Shown one piece after another: positions 36,504 to 46,354 of a DNA stretch of 64,000 bases (position 1 is the stretch's first letter; each line of letters opens with the position of its first letter). A program made the translations under genes and the position numbers. The stretch comes from a virus. The notes beneath the pieces were generated by a model. The model had not been told where the DNA came from, made no database searches, and worked only from the letters and a program-made list of their open reading frames with translations. Where the stretch lies: positions 1 to 64,000 of IMG/VR virus record IMGVR_UViG_3300001919_000028; one strand, 5' to 3'.

Positions 36504-36944
36504 ATGAGCGCAGACTACTGGATTATTACAGGTGTCGGAATCGACACAGATGGACTTTACCCGTTCATTGATAAAGCAAAGGTCGCAAAGCTGCTGCTGG
36601 AGCAATTCACAGACGATGAAGAGCTCGTCCAAATGGTTGCTGACGGTGACTACGATGGCCTGGATGTCGATAATTTTGTGGACGGCGAGCCGTTCAACTG
36701 TCTCGCAGATATGTTTACCTTCTGCGATGACACGGACTCCCTCACTTATGGGGATGACGGCGCGGGGAAATCGTTCCTCTATTACCCGCCGTCATTGCCG
36801 TGGCAAAGGGCAGACAACGAACCGGAAACTCTCCAGGAAGTTCACAAGCGACTCATTGATGCGGTGAAAAAGCTCACGACCCTGGCAGACTCAGAAATCG
36901 AGTCCATGATCGACGATGATTTATACGTCGTCGGATACGATTAA
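36504..36944 (+). CDS. Hypothetical acidic protein
   Basis: GGAGGTGGG RBS. Confidence 0.5.
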   Translation: MSADYWIITGVGIDTDGLYPFIDKAKVAKLLLEQFTDDEELVQMVADGDYDGLDVDNFVDGEPFNCLADMFTFCDDTDSLTYGDDGAGKSFLYYPPSLPWQRADNEPETLQEVHKRLIDAVKKLTTLADSEIESMIDDDLYVVGYD

Positions 36945-36956
36945 GGCGGTGGTTTT

Positions 36957-37508
36957 ATGCTGCGAATTGCAAACGCATATGAGGCAGAATTGCGGCAGTT
37001 GCTTGCCGAGGCGAGCATTGACCCGAAGTATATGTACTACTTCACCCAGCCGGGCGGCGGCTACTTCGACATGGAACTCAACAACAACACCGTGTGGGGC
37101 CACCACTTCGTGAGCCTTGATAAGGACGGCAAGGTCATCGGGTATCTCTCATACCGGGTAGACGCCTTTGCACGGAGCGTGAGCAGCTTTGGGCTTATCA
37201 GCTTCGACATCGGCAATCAGACCTTCATCCGTGATACATACAATGCCATCGCCGATATCTTCGAGAAGTACCACATGAACCGCATGGAATGGTACGCCGT
37301 CGTGGACAACCCGGTCACAAAATCTTACAGGAGAGTCTGTAAAAAGATGGGCGGCAGAGAGTGCGCCTACGAACGGCAGGCGGTGCAGCTTCTTGACGGG
37401 AAGCTCCACGACTCGGTAGCCTTCGAGGTTCTGGCTGAGGAGTATTTCCAGTCTGAGTTCTATAAGCAGCACCTAAAGCGGATGGCAAAGCAAGCAGACA
37501 AGGAGTAA
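36957..37508 (+). CDS. Hypothetical protein, possibly GNAT-like acetyltransferase fold
   Basis: Weak resemblance only. Confidence 0.4.
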   Translation: MLRIANAYEAELRQLLAEASIDPKYMYYFTQPGGGYFDMELNNNTVWGHHFVSLDKDGKVIGYLSYRVDAFARSVSSFGLISFDIGNQTFIRDTYNAIADIFEKYHMNRMEWYAVVDNPVTKSYRRVCKKMGGRECAYERQAVQLLDGKLHDSVAFEVLAEEYFQSEFYKQHLKRMAKQADKE

Positions 37509-37512
37509 ACCT

Positions 37513-37740
37513 ATGACACTCAGAAACATCCTCCCTGATCGGAGAGTGGACATCATGGTCCGCACAAATCTGCCGCCTGCGTTCCATGGCGGCGATACGC
37601 TGTTCGGTTACTGCCGGTGGCACGGCAACAGCCTTGAATCTCTCGACGGCGATTCTTATGACATCGACTGGGAGATCACAAAGTTTGAGTGGGAGAGCGA
37701 GAACTCCCTTGTAGTTTGGATTGAAAGTGAATGGTGGTGA
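37513..37740 (+). CDS. Hypothetical protein
   Basis: ORF. Confidence 0.4.
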   Translation: MTLRNILPDRRVDIMVRTNLPPAFHGGDTLFGYCRWHGNSLESLDGDSYDIDWEITKFEWESENSLVVWIESEWW

Positions 37741-37744
37741 ACGT

Positions 37745-37954
37745 ATGAACCAACAGATAGGATTGCCTCCTATGATTTGCAACGGTCTGCGTAGGAAGTA
37801 TTTCGTGTGCCCGATCTGCGACTGGGAAGTCGGCGGATATGTCATCACCGGCCCAGGTGACGATGACTGGGATACGCATATGGATAAGTTCTGCTGCCAG
37901 TGCGGTCAGAAAATCGACTGGAGCCATATAAATTTCCAAGACATCAACCATTAG
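37745..37954 (+). CDS. Small zinc-finger protein
   Basis: CPICDW…CCQCG. Confidence 0.45.
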   Translation: MNQQIGLPPMICNGLRRKYFVCPICDWEVGGYVITGPGDDDWDTHMDKFCCQCGQKIDWSHINFQDINH

Positions 37955-37966
37955 GGGTGACGCCTT

Positions 37967-38170
37967 ATGAACCGGTACATCAAAGGTAAGGGGATTTTGG
38001 TCGGCACATTCTCGATGGCTGACCTGAACGCCGGAAAGGATACAGAGGCTGTGATGGCCGCCGAGGAGGAGACAGGTCTGCGTTACACAAACACAGAACT
38101 GGTGTGCTCAAAAGGCAACATTGTAGGCTTGCGTGTCTATGTTTGCACGCTGGACGATATGAAAATTTAG
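37967..38170 (+). CDS. Hypothetical protein
   Basis: ORF. Confidence 0.4.
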   Translation: MNRYIKGKGILVGTFSMADLNAGKDTEAVMAAEEETGLRYTNTELVCSKGNIVGLRVYVCTLDDMKI

Positions 38171-38181
38171 GAGGTAGCCAC

Positions 38182-38553
38182 ATGAAGTTTGAAGAGTACC
38201 CTGTGACCACGGATGACCAGGGTTTTCGCTGGGTAAAGAACGGGGTCATGGTTGGTGATACCGAGTGTGGGTGCCTGACCTGCGGTAAGCCAACAAAGTA
38301 CATCGAGGTCTGCTCGGAGAGCCACTTCTGCAGCGACGAGTGCGTGGACGAGTTTTACCGCCAGCACGACCGCATCGTAGAGCAGGACGAAATCCTCTGG
38401 AACCTGTTGGCGAAACACAGAGGGCACAATGTTTCCATCGTGTCCTACGGAGACCCTGACAACCCCGCAGATATCTGCCTCGAATGTGAGGACTGCTGCG
38501 AAGTAATCCTTGACGCTGAGATCTACACCATCTGTGCGAGAGAGGATGTGTGA
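38182..38553 (+). CDS. Cys-rich hypothetical protein
   Basis: AGGAGG RBS; CGC…CxxC…CxxC clusters. Confidence 0.5.
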   Translation: MKFEEYPVTTDDQGFRWVKNGVMVGDTECGCLTCGKPTKYIEVCSESHFCSDECVDEFYRQHDRIVEQDEILWNLLAKHRGHNVSIVSYGDPDNPADICLECEDCCEVILDAEIYTICAREDV

Positions 38554-38557
38554 CAAC

Positions 38558-38833
38558 ATGAATGCAGAATTGATACGGCTCGCCAATAAAGCCGCCGATT
38601 CCTGGCAGGGAACGGACGCATATCATCAGGCTTCCGAAATCATCAAGATGCTTATCAATGAGTGTAAGAACCAGGATAAGCAGTACCGCGAGGCCAAAGA
38701 GACGATTGAGTTCATCATGGGTTCGCAGAAATTCTGCGCTCTGTGCAGCAACCTTGCCTGCAAAAACAGCACCACGGGAGAGGTTGGGTGCGAACCAATG
38801 TGGTCTGGCCGTGCGCCGTGGAGGTTGGTTTAG
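38558..38833 (+). CDS. Hypothetical protein
   Basis: ORF. Confidence 0.45.
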   Translation: MNAELIRLANKAADSWQGTDAYHQASEIIKMLINECKNQDKQYREAKETIEFIMGSQKFCALCSNLACKNSTTGEVGCEPMWSGRAPWRLV

Positions 38834-38834
38834 A

Positions 38835-39098
38835 ATGAAATTCTTAAAAGAGCTTGACAGCCGTATGACCGATAGCGAGCTCAAGCCATCCGATATCCTG
38901 GTGATGGCGGCCATGATATTTCTGGCGATACTGGTTATTTTCGCGCTCATTGGATCGCTGATTGGAGCTATCTTCGTTTTAATTTTCGCGCTTTATACCA
39001 GTAATCTGGCCAATCTCCTCATGCTCATACCCTGTGCGATCATCTTTTCTATCTTGCTTGCGATTGCGCTATATGCTGGGATAAACTCAGGTTTTTAA
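38835..39098 (+). CDS. Small two-transmembrane-helix membrane protein (low GC)
   Basis: Hydrophobic; lower GC. Confidence 0.5.
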   Translation: MKFLKELDSRMTDSELKPSDILVMAAMIFLAILVIFALIGSLIGAIFVLIFALYTSNLANLLMLIPCAIIFSILLAIALYAGINSGF

Positions 39099-39112
39099 GG
39101 AGGTGTTGCGAC

Positions 39113-39361
39113 ATGGTGCTGATTGACGTAGAGCATATCCCATATGAAAACGGATTTGACAGAGTCAACGGCGACGAGAACTTCATCATGGGTATCGAAT
39201 CAATGCAAGAATGGATTCGACAGCAACCTGTTGTCGATGCGGTCCATGTTGTTCGGTGCAAGGATTGTAAGTTTAGAGATGGTACTCCAGGCCAACCGAA
39301 TATCTTGTGTTACCAGATGCGCGATGATGATTTTTGCAGTTATGGTGAACGGAAAGAATGA
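39113..39361 (+). CDS. Hypothetical protein
   Basis: AAGGAGG RBS. Confidence 0.45.
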   Translation: MVLIDVEHIPYENGFDRVNGDENFIMGIESMQEWIRQQPVVDAVHVVRCKDCKFRDGTPGQPNILCYQMRDDDFCSYGERKE

Positions 39362-39373
39362 AAGCTGGAACTT

Positions 39374-39817
39374 ATGAAAGGTACAATAACGCCACCAACA
39401 GAGAAACAGGTTAAGGCTGCTGAAATCATAGCAAAGAAACTTCATTTGAACCTGCCGGAAGAGAAGTCAAAGGCCGCTTATTGGGAGTTTATCTCGAAGA
39501 ATATGGCGGCCTCAAAATGTGTCAAACGCCATAACAGGTATAGCTGCACAGCGAAATACGCCAGCAGAAGTACCACATATACTCAGCGCGAGACGGACTG
39601 GGAAGCTATCCATTTATCTCCCGACACATGGGCGGAGAGAATTATGGATGGGAAAACAATCCCGCCAAGCTGGGCCAACGAGTCTCTCCAACAGGCGCAG
39701 AGGCGACTGCGATCTCTCGGATATAAGAGCAGTCTTGAAAAAGAGAACGAGCAGCTCAGGGAGAGATTATCAGGGTGTTATGGTCTTGAGGGCGCCATGG
39801 ATATGTGGGGTTACTAA
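39374..39817 (+). CDS. Hypothetical protein
   Basis: ORF. Confidence 0.5.
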   Translation: MKGTITPPTEKQVKAAEIIAKKLHLNLPEEKSKAAYWEFISKNMAASKCVKRHNRYSCTAKYASRSTTYTQRETDWEAIHLSPDTWAERIMDGKTIPPSWANESLQQAQRRLRSLGYKSSLEKENEQLRERLSGCYGLEGAMDMWGY

Positions 39818-39842
39818 AGCTGGGATAGTTTGGAGGTAAATC

Positions 39843-40217
39843 ATGATGGAGCGCACCATAAACCAATATATGGAAAGAGTAACCGCAACAGAAAACTGCG
39901 GAAATAAGCGCCTTTACTATATTGGAGATAGATTCCTCGTGATCGTATCCACTTACGCCCCTGACCCTAAAATTATGGGGTGTTTTAAGCGACATGGATA
40001 TATCAAAGAGATACCAAGCATGGCTTTTGCGGTACACACATACTACACAGACGAAAGTGGTAAATGCTGGGAGCGATACAATATCACCCTCAATCCCAGC
40101 GACGACGGTAAGCATCAAGTTATCAACCCCTATTTTCTGCGGGAGGCGACACCGGAAAACGAACGCGAGCTTGTGGCTGGGTGCATCCGCCTGGCCGTTG
40201 AAGCTGGAGCAATATAA
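39843..40217 (+). CDS. Hypothetical protein
   Basis: GGAGG RBS. Confidence 0.5.
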   Translation: MMERTINQYMERVTATENCGNKRLYYIGDRFLVIVSTYAPDPKIMGCFKRHGYIKEIPSMAFAVHTYYTDESGKCWERYNITLNPSDDGKHQVINPYFLREATPENERELVAGCIRLAVEAGAI

Positions 40218-40229
40218 AAGCAAAGGTCT

Positions 40230-40460
40230 ATGGAGGTAATTTTGGATAAGGAAATCGAAGAGCTCTTTGTAGTCGAGGCGGATATCATACCGACAGAATT
40301 GTTTTTACACCTTGTAGAAAAGGGTTCCATCAATGGCTATGATGGCATCGGTTACTTCCACGACGGGACTAAAGAGACTAATGTTGAGGTGTATTGCTAT
40401 CCGGATTATGTTAGTCGATATGTCGATATCTATCCATATGTCTGCTGGTATGGGAAATGA
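40230..40460 (+). CDS. Hypothetical protein
   Basis: ORF. Confidence 0.4.
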   Translation: MEVILDKEIEELFVVEADIIPTELFLHLVEKGSINGYDGIGYFHDGTKETNVEVYCYPDYVSRYVDIYPYVCWYGK

Positions 40461-40492
40461 AAGTTTAGTTTCAAGCGGGATGGGGGTAGGCA

Positions 40493-40888
40493 ATGAAGAT
40501 AGAGGAAGCAATCGAGGTTCTGGAAAATGGAGAGTGGTTTGAAGCATATTGTACCTTGCCATCGAAAGATGTCCCAGATAACGAGGAATTTTGCGAGGCG
40601 CTTGATATGGCGGTTGTCGCCCTCCGCGCCCAGCAGGAGACTGGAAAGAACGAACCACTGACAGAGACAGAGCTGATGCAAATGGTGGGACATCCCATCT
40701 GGATTATGCCTACGGCAAATGCACCAGATCGTCTCGATTGGGACCCTGCGTGGGTTATCATGCGTGAGGACTATGTGTTTGTCGATTCAAAGTCGCATGA
40801 AAGCAGGGCGTATATACGTTTTGTGAAGGATTACGGGAAAACGTGGATTGCCTACCGCAACCCACCCGAAGGAGATGATAGCTTATGA
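40493..40888 (+). CDS. Hypothetical protein
   Basis: ORF. Confidence 0.5.
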   Translation: MKIEEAIEVLENGEWFEAYCTLPSKDVPDNEEFCEALDMAVVALRAQQETGKNEPLTETELMQMVGHPIWIMPTANAPDRLDWDPAWVIMREDYVFVDSKSHESRAYIRFVKDYGKTWIAYRNPPEGDDSL

Positions 40889-41265
40889 GATACAAAGTCT
40901 TTGACACCGTCGCCAAACAGTACATCACCGACGACCGCTTGATTCTCAAGCCAGATGGCCGCCTCGCTTTGAATGACTACGGTGATGAAATCGGGCTCCC
41001 TAATTGTATCGCCATGTTCTATCCAACTGACGCGGATGATAACTGGATAGATGAAGTCGGTGGGACGCATGACTCAGGAACGGGGTGGGACCCGGACGGG
41101 AATTTTTGCGGCGAGTGTTACGGTGCCAGTTGCAGAACCTGTGGTGTATGGAAGCCAAACAGTTCCACACTGGCCGCACTAATCGACAAATTTGCGAATA
41201 CAGCCACCGGGTATCCTGTGACACCAGAGGAATTGCGGCACGCTCTCAACGACGAGAAAGTGTGA
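40885..41265 (+). CDS. Hypothetical Cys-containing protein
   Basis: ORF. Confidence 0.5.
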   Translation: MRYKVFDTVAKQYITDDRLILKPDGRLALNDYGDEIGLPNCIAMFYPTDADDNWIDEVGGTHDSGTGWDPDGNFCGECYGASCRTCGVWKPNSSTLAALIDKFANTATGYPVTPEELRHALNDEKV

Positions 41266-41269
41266 GTTT

Positions 41270-41452
41270 ATGAAAGCAAAAAGCAATATATTGCCGACCT
41301 TTATTTATTGCCTATGCGTGTCCAGTTTTGCTGTTATGATGGCAGATTCCGGATACAGCATCAAAACCTTGGAGTTTTGGTTTGGCCTCTTGTGTATTAT
41401 CGTTGCTCGTGAGTGCGGTGAGAAAATCCAAAAGGACAGAATGAAAGGCTGA
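41270..41452 (+). CDS. Small membrane protein
   Basis: Hydrophobic. Confidence 0.4.
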   Translation: MKAKSNILPTFIYCLCVSSFAVMMADSGYSIKTLEFWFGLLCIIVARECGEKIQKDRMKG

Positions 41453-41457
41453 TTCGT

Positions 41458-41709
41458 ATGGTAGACAAGAAAACATGGGACGAGTTCCGGCAAAGCGGTC
41501 TGCTGTGGTTCATCAATACGATCCTCCATGCGTTCGGTTGGGCAATCTGCGTCGAGCTGGACGACAACGGCTCAACCGTGAGCGCATTTCCGGCGAGAGT
41601 GAAATATCGTGGGTTCTCCCTGGACTGCAACGAGGCCGGTTACAGGAAGGTTTCGCAATACCTCAAGGACAATATAGACAGCATCTACTCAGACGCTATG
41701 GAAGAGTAA
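41458..41709 (+). CDS. Hypothetical protein
   Basis: ORF. Confidence 0.45.
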   Translation: MVDKKTWDEFRQSGLLWFINTILHAFGWAICVELDDNGSTVSAFPARVKYRGFSLDCNEAGYRKVSQYLKDNIDSIYSDAMEE

Positions 41710-41725
41710 ACCGGGAGGGCTGCCA

Positions 41726-42217
41726 ATGTACAAGTACATCGCTACATACAAGGAAGACCTATCCGCCATCGGTTTTGGCGACGAGCTGCAGTTCGACTAC
41801 GACCCAAGCGATGGGTGCCTGCGGGTATCTGTTTTCAAGGATAACCATTGGCAGGATGAAACCGTGATACGTCTGCCGGAGCTGTTTATCGGAGAGGACA
41901 GCCGTTCCGGTGTGCCGGCAAATAAGCCCAAACACCCTGCTGCCAACCGTGTTTCTGTTGGGAGCATCGTTATGACGAAGAACTGCCTCGATGTAGGCAT
42001 CGTCGGTGCCGTTTCCAATGGCAGACCAACCAAGGTCTATGCGAGATACAATCCCTACTCCGCCAATGAGAGCGGCTTTCCGCAGTATGGCGGAGCGGAC
42101 ACTACGGATTGGTACGACACGGGGTACAAGATGACGATGGAACAGTGGAAGCTCCTTGCGATAGAGAAGAAGGACGCGATGGGCTTCTATCAGTATTGGA
42201 GGAATAGGCTGCTGTGA
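41726..42217 (+). CDS. Hypothetical protein
   Basis: ORF. Confidence 0.5.
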   Translation: MYKYIATYKEDLSAIGFGDELQFDYDPSDGCLRVSVFKDNHWQDETVIRLPELFIGEDSRSGVPANKPKHPAANRVSVGSIVMTKNCLDVGIVGAVSNGRPTKVYARYNPYSANESGFPQYGGADTTDWYDTGYKMTMEQWKLLAIEKKDAMGFYQYWRNRLL

Positions 42218-42417
42218 GAGATCCGGACAGGCTGTATTCGTTCTACGAAAAACTCAGGGACATTCACATCAAGTGTTTCCCGGACTGGCGCTTCGGTCAG
42301 TTCTGCTACAACTTCTTCTGCTGGCTGGTTTCAGAGAAGGGACTTGACCCGTTCTTCCCGGAGGAAGATGAAATCCTCAAATACATCGGAGAGTTTTCCG
42401 GAAATAAGGTGGTGTAG
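42214..42417 (+). CDS. Hypothetical protein
   Basis: ORF. Confidence 0.4.
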   Translation: MRDPDRLYSFYEKLRDIHIKCFPDWRFGQFCYNFFCWLVSEKGLDPFFPEEDEILKYIGEFSGNKVV

Positions 42418-42420
42418 CCT

Positions 42421-42966
42421 ATGATTGTCGTTAATCTCTACGGCGCTCCCGGAGCCGGTAAGTCAACCGGGGCGGCCTACGTCTTCTCGCAGTTGAAGAT
42501 GCGCGGCGTCAACGCCGAGCTCGTCACAGAGTTCGCCAAAGACAAGGTGTGGGAGGAGAGCAAGGCCGCGTTCCAGAACCAGGCATATATCTTCGGGAAA
42601 CAGTATTTCAGAATCAGCAGACTGCAGGATAAGGTGGACGTGGTTGTCACGGACTCACCTATCCTGCTTTCGTGTTTCTATGGCAAAGATGACCCCAGGC
42701 TTGGGGAGGAGTTCGACGCCCTTGTCAGGAAAGTGTCCGGCTACTACACCTCCCTCAATGCCTTCATTGACAGGGTGAAGCCCTACAACCCGGCAGGCCG
42801 CTTCCAGACAGAGCAGGAGAGCGACGAGGTCGCCAAGAGCCTTGCCAAGCTGCTGGACGAATACGGTGTTACGGTCAAGCACTATCCGGGAAATATGCAG
42901 GGGTACGGCGACCTGATCGAAGACGTTCTCAAAATGCTGGAAGGACAGGAACATGGAAAATACTGA
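42421..42966 (+). CDS. P-loop NTPase, putative (poly)nucleotide kinase
   Basis: Walker A GAPGAGKST at the N-terminus, about 180 aa kinase-like; adjacent to the RNA ligase. Confidence 0.55.
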   Translation: MIVVNLYGAPGAGKSTGAAYVFSQLKMRGVNAELVTEFAKDKVWEESKAAFQNQAYIFGKQYFRISRLQDKVDVVVTDSPILLSCFYGKDDPRLGEEFDALVRKVSGYYTSLNAFIDRVKPYNPAGRFQTEQESDEVAKSLAKLLDEYGVTVKHYPGNMQGYGDLIEDVLKMLEGQEHGKY

Positions 42967-43149
42967 TAGGTTTTGTCCGCTGCTCAAGACGCAGTGCCTC
43001 AAAAGGGAGTGCGCCTGGTTTGAGCCGGTGATGGAGTGCTGCTGGGCGATCAGGAACGAGGTTTTGAGAGAGCGGGAAAGCACTGTCCTGAGACAACTCC
43101 AGCAAACAGTGCTTATGCCAATCAACTTTGGAGAAAAGGAGAATGACCA

Positions 43150-43785
43150 ATGATTGAGTACACAAAAATCAGTACCATCTACAATCGCAGTACGGAGGGT
43201 CGGAAGAAGCTGATCGAAGGTTCGTTCTGCGACGAGACCGTGGAGTTCCTCAAGGACAATCAGTGGGTCTGTACCGAGAAAATCGACGGCACAAACGTCG
43301 GCATCGTGTGGGACGGCCACCGCGTGACCTACCAGGGCCGCACTGAGACCTCTCAGATCCCCGCCCCCCTGCTTAACAAGCTCATTGAGATGTTCGGTGG
43401 TGACGCCAACGAGGAGCTGTTCGAGCAGAAGTTCGGAGATATGCCCGTCGTCCTGTTTGGCGAGGGGTACGGCCCCAAGATCCAGAGCGGTCACCACTAC
43501 CGCAGCGACCCGTCTTTCATCCTGTTCGATGTGTACCTTCCCAACAGCCACCTGTGGCTCAAGCGGGACGCCATCGAGGACATCGCTAAGACCTTCGGCA
43601 TTGATGCGGTTCCTGTTATCATGGTTGGCACACTGGATGAAGCGGTCGCCTATGTGAAGAGCAAGCCCAAATCCACCATTGGTACGGCCAATATGGAGGG
43701 CTTGGTCTGTAAGCCGCTTGTCGATATGCTTGACCGCCGTGGCCGCCGCGTTATCGTCAAGGTCAAAGTCAAGGACTTCGAGTGA
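43150..43785 (+). CDS. ATP-dependent RNA ligase (Rnl2-like)
   Basis: Motif I KIDGTN (compare T4 Rnl2 KIHGTN), EGLVCK (IV), KVKVK (V). Confidence 0.75.
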   Translation: MIEYTKISTIYNRSTEGRKKLIEGSFCDETVEFLKDNQWVCTEKIDGTNVGIVWDGHRVTYQGRTETSQIPAPLLNKLIEMFGGDANEELFEQKFGDMPVVLFGEGYGPKIQSGHHYRSDPSFILFDVYLPNSHLWLKRDAIEDIAKTFGIDAVPVIMVGTLDEAVAYVKSKPKSTIGTANMEGLVCKPLVDMLDRRGRRVIVKVKVKDFE

Positions 43786-43795
43786 GGTGTGCGGT

Positions 43796-44002
43796 ATGGA
43801 TAGATCTATGTTTATTGATGGAATCTGCCCTTGCTGCGGCAAGGAAATCGAGTATGTCGGATGCTGGGAGCATGACGACGACGGAGCTACGATTGATTGG
43901 GAGTGTCCGAACTGCGGCGTGTCCGGTAAGGCCGGATACAATTATGTGTTCGAAAACTACTACTGCCTGCAGGACAAGGACGGGAATCCGGTAGAACTGT
44001 GA
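43796..44002 (+). CDS. Zinc-ribbon protein (CPCCG…CPNCG)
   Basis: Two CxxC pairs. Confidence 0.45.
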   Translation: MDRSMFIDGICPCCGKEIEYVGCWEHDDDGATIDWECPNCGVSGKAGYNYVFENYYCLQDKDGNPVEL

Positions 44003-44012
44003 GGTGGACTAA

Positions 44013-44384
44013 ATGGGCTACTACACCAGCTATGAGCTGTCGGTAAGTAATGTGAACCCTCTTCTCGCGTCGAAGCTGGAAGAGGAAGTTGAGAAGATGC
44101 AGGTTTTTGAGTCCGGCAACAGCAAGGACGGATGGTATGGGTATGACAAGTGGTACGACCACGATGAAGACATGATGCTCCTTTCAAAGCGGTTCCCCGA
44201 TGCGCTCTTCGAGCTGTACGGGGACGGCGAGGAAAGCGACGATATGTGGAGAGCGTACTTCAAAAACGGTCGTATGCAGTTTTGTCCGGCAATCATCACA
44301 TTTGACCCGTTCGACGAGAAGAAGCTCACCGAAAGCGATAAAATCACGGACTGGGATATGAAGTACAGTTATCAAAGCGCATAG
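44013..44384 (+). CDS. Hypothetical protein
   Basis: ORF. Confidence 0.5.
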   Translation: MGYYTSYELSVSNVNPLLASKLEEEVEKMQVFESGNSKDGWYGYDKWYDHDEDMMLLSKRFPDALFELYGDGEESDDMWRAYFKNGRMQFCPAIITFDPFDEKKLTESDKITDWDMKYSYQSA

Positions 44385-44398
44385 ATAGGTGGTGTACG

Positions 44399-45001
44399 AT
44401 GGCCTATTTGAGTATTTCAAAGGGTAACTCCAAGCTCGGAGCAATCCCCAGTGTGTCTCTGCCGGCGGTTTTGACGTGCCGGCACTGCGCCTGTCAGAGC
44501 AAGTGCTACGCAAGAAAGCTGGAGCGGATTCGCCCGTCTGTGGCGAACGCTTACCGGAACAACCTGAAAGTTCTGCAGGAAGATCCTGATACATACTGGC
44601 GGGAGGTCGAGGCAGCGATCATGATGTCTCGGTTCTTCCGCTTCCATGTTTCTGGCGACATTCCGGACGAGACGTACTTCATCAGGATGGTGGAGGTCGC
44701 CAAGCGGAATCCGCACTGCCAGATTTTGTGCTTCACCAAGAAATATGAAATCGTCAATGACGCCGTGGCAGGCGGGTGCGAGATTCCCGACAATCTACAT
44801 ATCATTTTCAGCGCTTGGGTTGGCCTGCAGATGGTCAATCCTTTTTCATTCCCAGAAGCACACGTCCGTTACCGTGACGGATCTACGACAGCGGCTCCTG
44901 ACGCCCTCGCCTGCGGTGGAAACTGCACAGAGTGCGCCATCACAGATGGTGGATGCTGGACGCTGCAGGAGGGTGGGCAGGTGGTATTCGATGAACACTG
45001 A
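44399..45001 (+). CDS. Hypothetical Cys-rich protein
   Basis: ORF. Confidence 0.5.
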   Translation: MAYLSISKGNSKLGAIPSVSLPAVLTCRHCACQSKCYARKLERIRPSVANAYRNNLKVLQEDPDTYWREVEAAIMMSRFFRFHVSGDIPDETYFIRMVEVAKRNPHCQILCFTKKYEIVNDAVAGGCEIPDNLHIIFSAWVGLQMVNPFSFPEAHVRYRDGSTTAAPDALACGGNCTECAITDGGCWTLQEGGQVVFDEH

Positions 45002-45377
45002 TAAAGACGTATCCATCTCCATCAAGCGGCTGAAACGTGGTAAGTTTCCTGACCTTATCACCGGCCTGCAGGAGGAATACGATTATGTCTGCGAAGAGCG
45101 CGACAGGCTGGTCGAGAGATTGAAAGCCTGGAACAGGGACGAGGAAATCCAGAAGGCGCACGAGAAGGCGGACTATTACAGAGACCACAGTCTCGAAATG
45201 CTGACCGATAAGGAGCTTGAGGAATGTAAAGCCTTCCGGTACAGCCACTATGAGTCCTGCAAAAACAACGGCTCTTTCCTCTATGAGCTCACCGGGACCG
45301 GTATCGGGACGATCATCAAAATCATTTGCCCGGTTTGCGGTGAGTCAAAGGATGTCACAGACATTGACGCTTGGTGA
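44991..45377 (+). CDS. Hypothetical protein with C-terminal CPVCG zinc-ribbon half-site
   Basis: ORF. Confidence 0.45.
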   Translation: MNTDKDVSISIKRLKRGKFPDLITGLQEEYDYVCEERDRLVERLKAWNRDEEIQKAHEKADYYRDHSLEMLTDKELEECKAFRYSHYESCKNNGSFLYELTGTGIGTIIKIICPVCGESKDVTDIDAW

Positions 45378-45667
45378 TTGCCATGGATATGTGCCAGATC
45401 AGATACGGCCAGTATTTGGGAGAAGAAATCATCGCAGGCGGTATCCTGCTTGAAGTCCCATTCCAATGGCGTGGCGGAGAACTGTGCAGCGCAAAGGTTG
45501 TCAAGCTCTATTTCAAGAAAGTGGAACAGCCTACGGTTATGAAGGCGGTCGTCACCATGTTGAGCAACAATACGAGTACGAATGTGACGTCTGTGCATAT
45601 TTCAGCAAACACCGAGGAGGCGTTTGTAAACGAAGGAGAGTGGCGCATCCATGTTGGAATCACCTAA
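45371..45667 (+). CDS. Hypothetical protein
   Basis: ORF. Confidence 0.4.
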   Translation: MVIAMDMCQIRYGQYLGEEIIAGGILLEVPFQWRGGELCSAKVVKLYFKKVEQPTVMKAVVTMLSNNTSTNVTSVHISANTEEAFVNEGEWRIHVGIT

Positions 45668-46070
45668 ATATGGTTGGAGCAAACTCAGCATCGGCGACAA
45701 GTGGTCCGAGCGTGTCAGTTATCTTGACGATGTCCCGTATATGCTGATTGACGCGGTGGAGTCTGTCGTCCGGGTCAAGCGGCCATACGCCGTAAAGTTC
45801 GACGCGGAGGGCTTTGACTACATCGTGGTTTTTGATGTGTTCGAGACACACATCATCACGGAGAGTTCATACGACGACGGGTTCACATACTTCACCTTTG
45901 CAACCGACATCGACAGGCTCGCTCTGGAGTTGGTCGAAGACATCCGCAGGGATATTGAGGCGTGGAGCGTGTGGACGGACTACGGAGGTATGCCGGAGGA
46001 AGAGAGGTTGGAACGTCGCGCCGATCTGCTGGCGGCCTGCGACATCCTGGAGAAACGAGCAAAGAGGTGA
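45651..46070 (+). CDS. Hypothetical protein
   Basis: ORF. Confidence 0.5.
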   Translation: MLESPKYGWSKLSIGDKWSERVSYLDDVPYMLIDAVESVVRVKRPYAVKFDAEGFDYIVVFDVFETHIITESSYDDGFTYFTFATDIDRLALELVEDIRRDIEAWSVWTDYGGMPEEERLERRADLLAACDILEKRAKR

Positions 46071-46075
46071 GAACA

Positions 46076-46354
46076 ATGGATACATATGTAGTAAAATCAG
46101 TGGAGCCGAGAGAGGGTAAATGCCTGCGGTATCTCCACCAGGAGGTGCTTGACCGCGAGTGCTACATCAAGGAGCTGGAGCCGGGCCAGCGGGCAACCAT
46201 CATGGTCAAGTTTGATTATGACCCGCAGCGTTTCCACCGCCTGCACACGTCCTCTGTCGAGTCGGTCAACGACCTGGAGAACGGCGGAAAGGAAATCGTT
46301 ACCCTGAATACGGTCTACACGCTGTGGCCTATCCAGGAGGCCGGCCATGAGTAA
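46076..46354 (+). CDS. Hypothetical protein
   Basis: ORF. Confidence 0.45.
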   Translation: MDTYVVKSVEPREGKCLRYLHQEVLDRECYIKELEPGQRATIMVKFDYDPQRFHRLHTSSVESVNDLENGGKEIVTLNTVYTLWPIQEAGHE

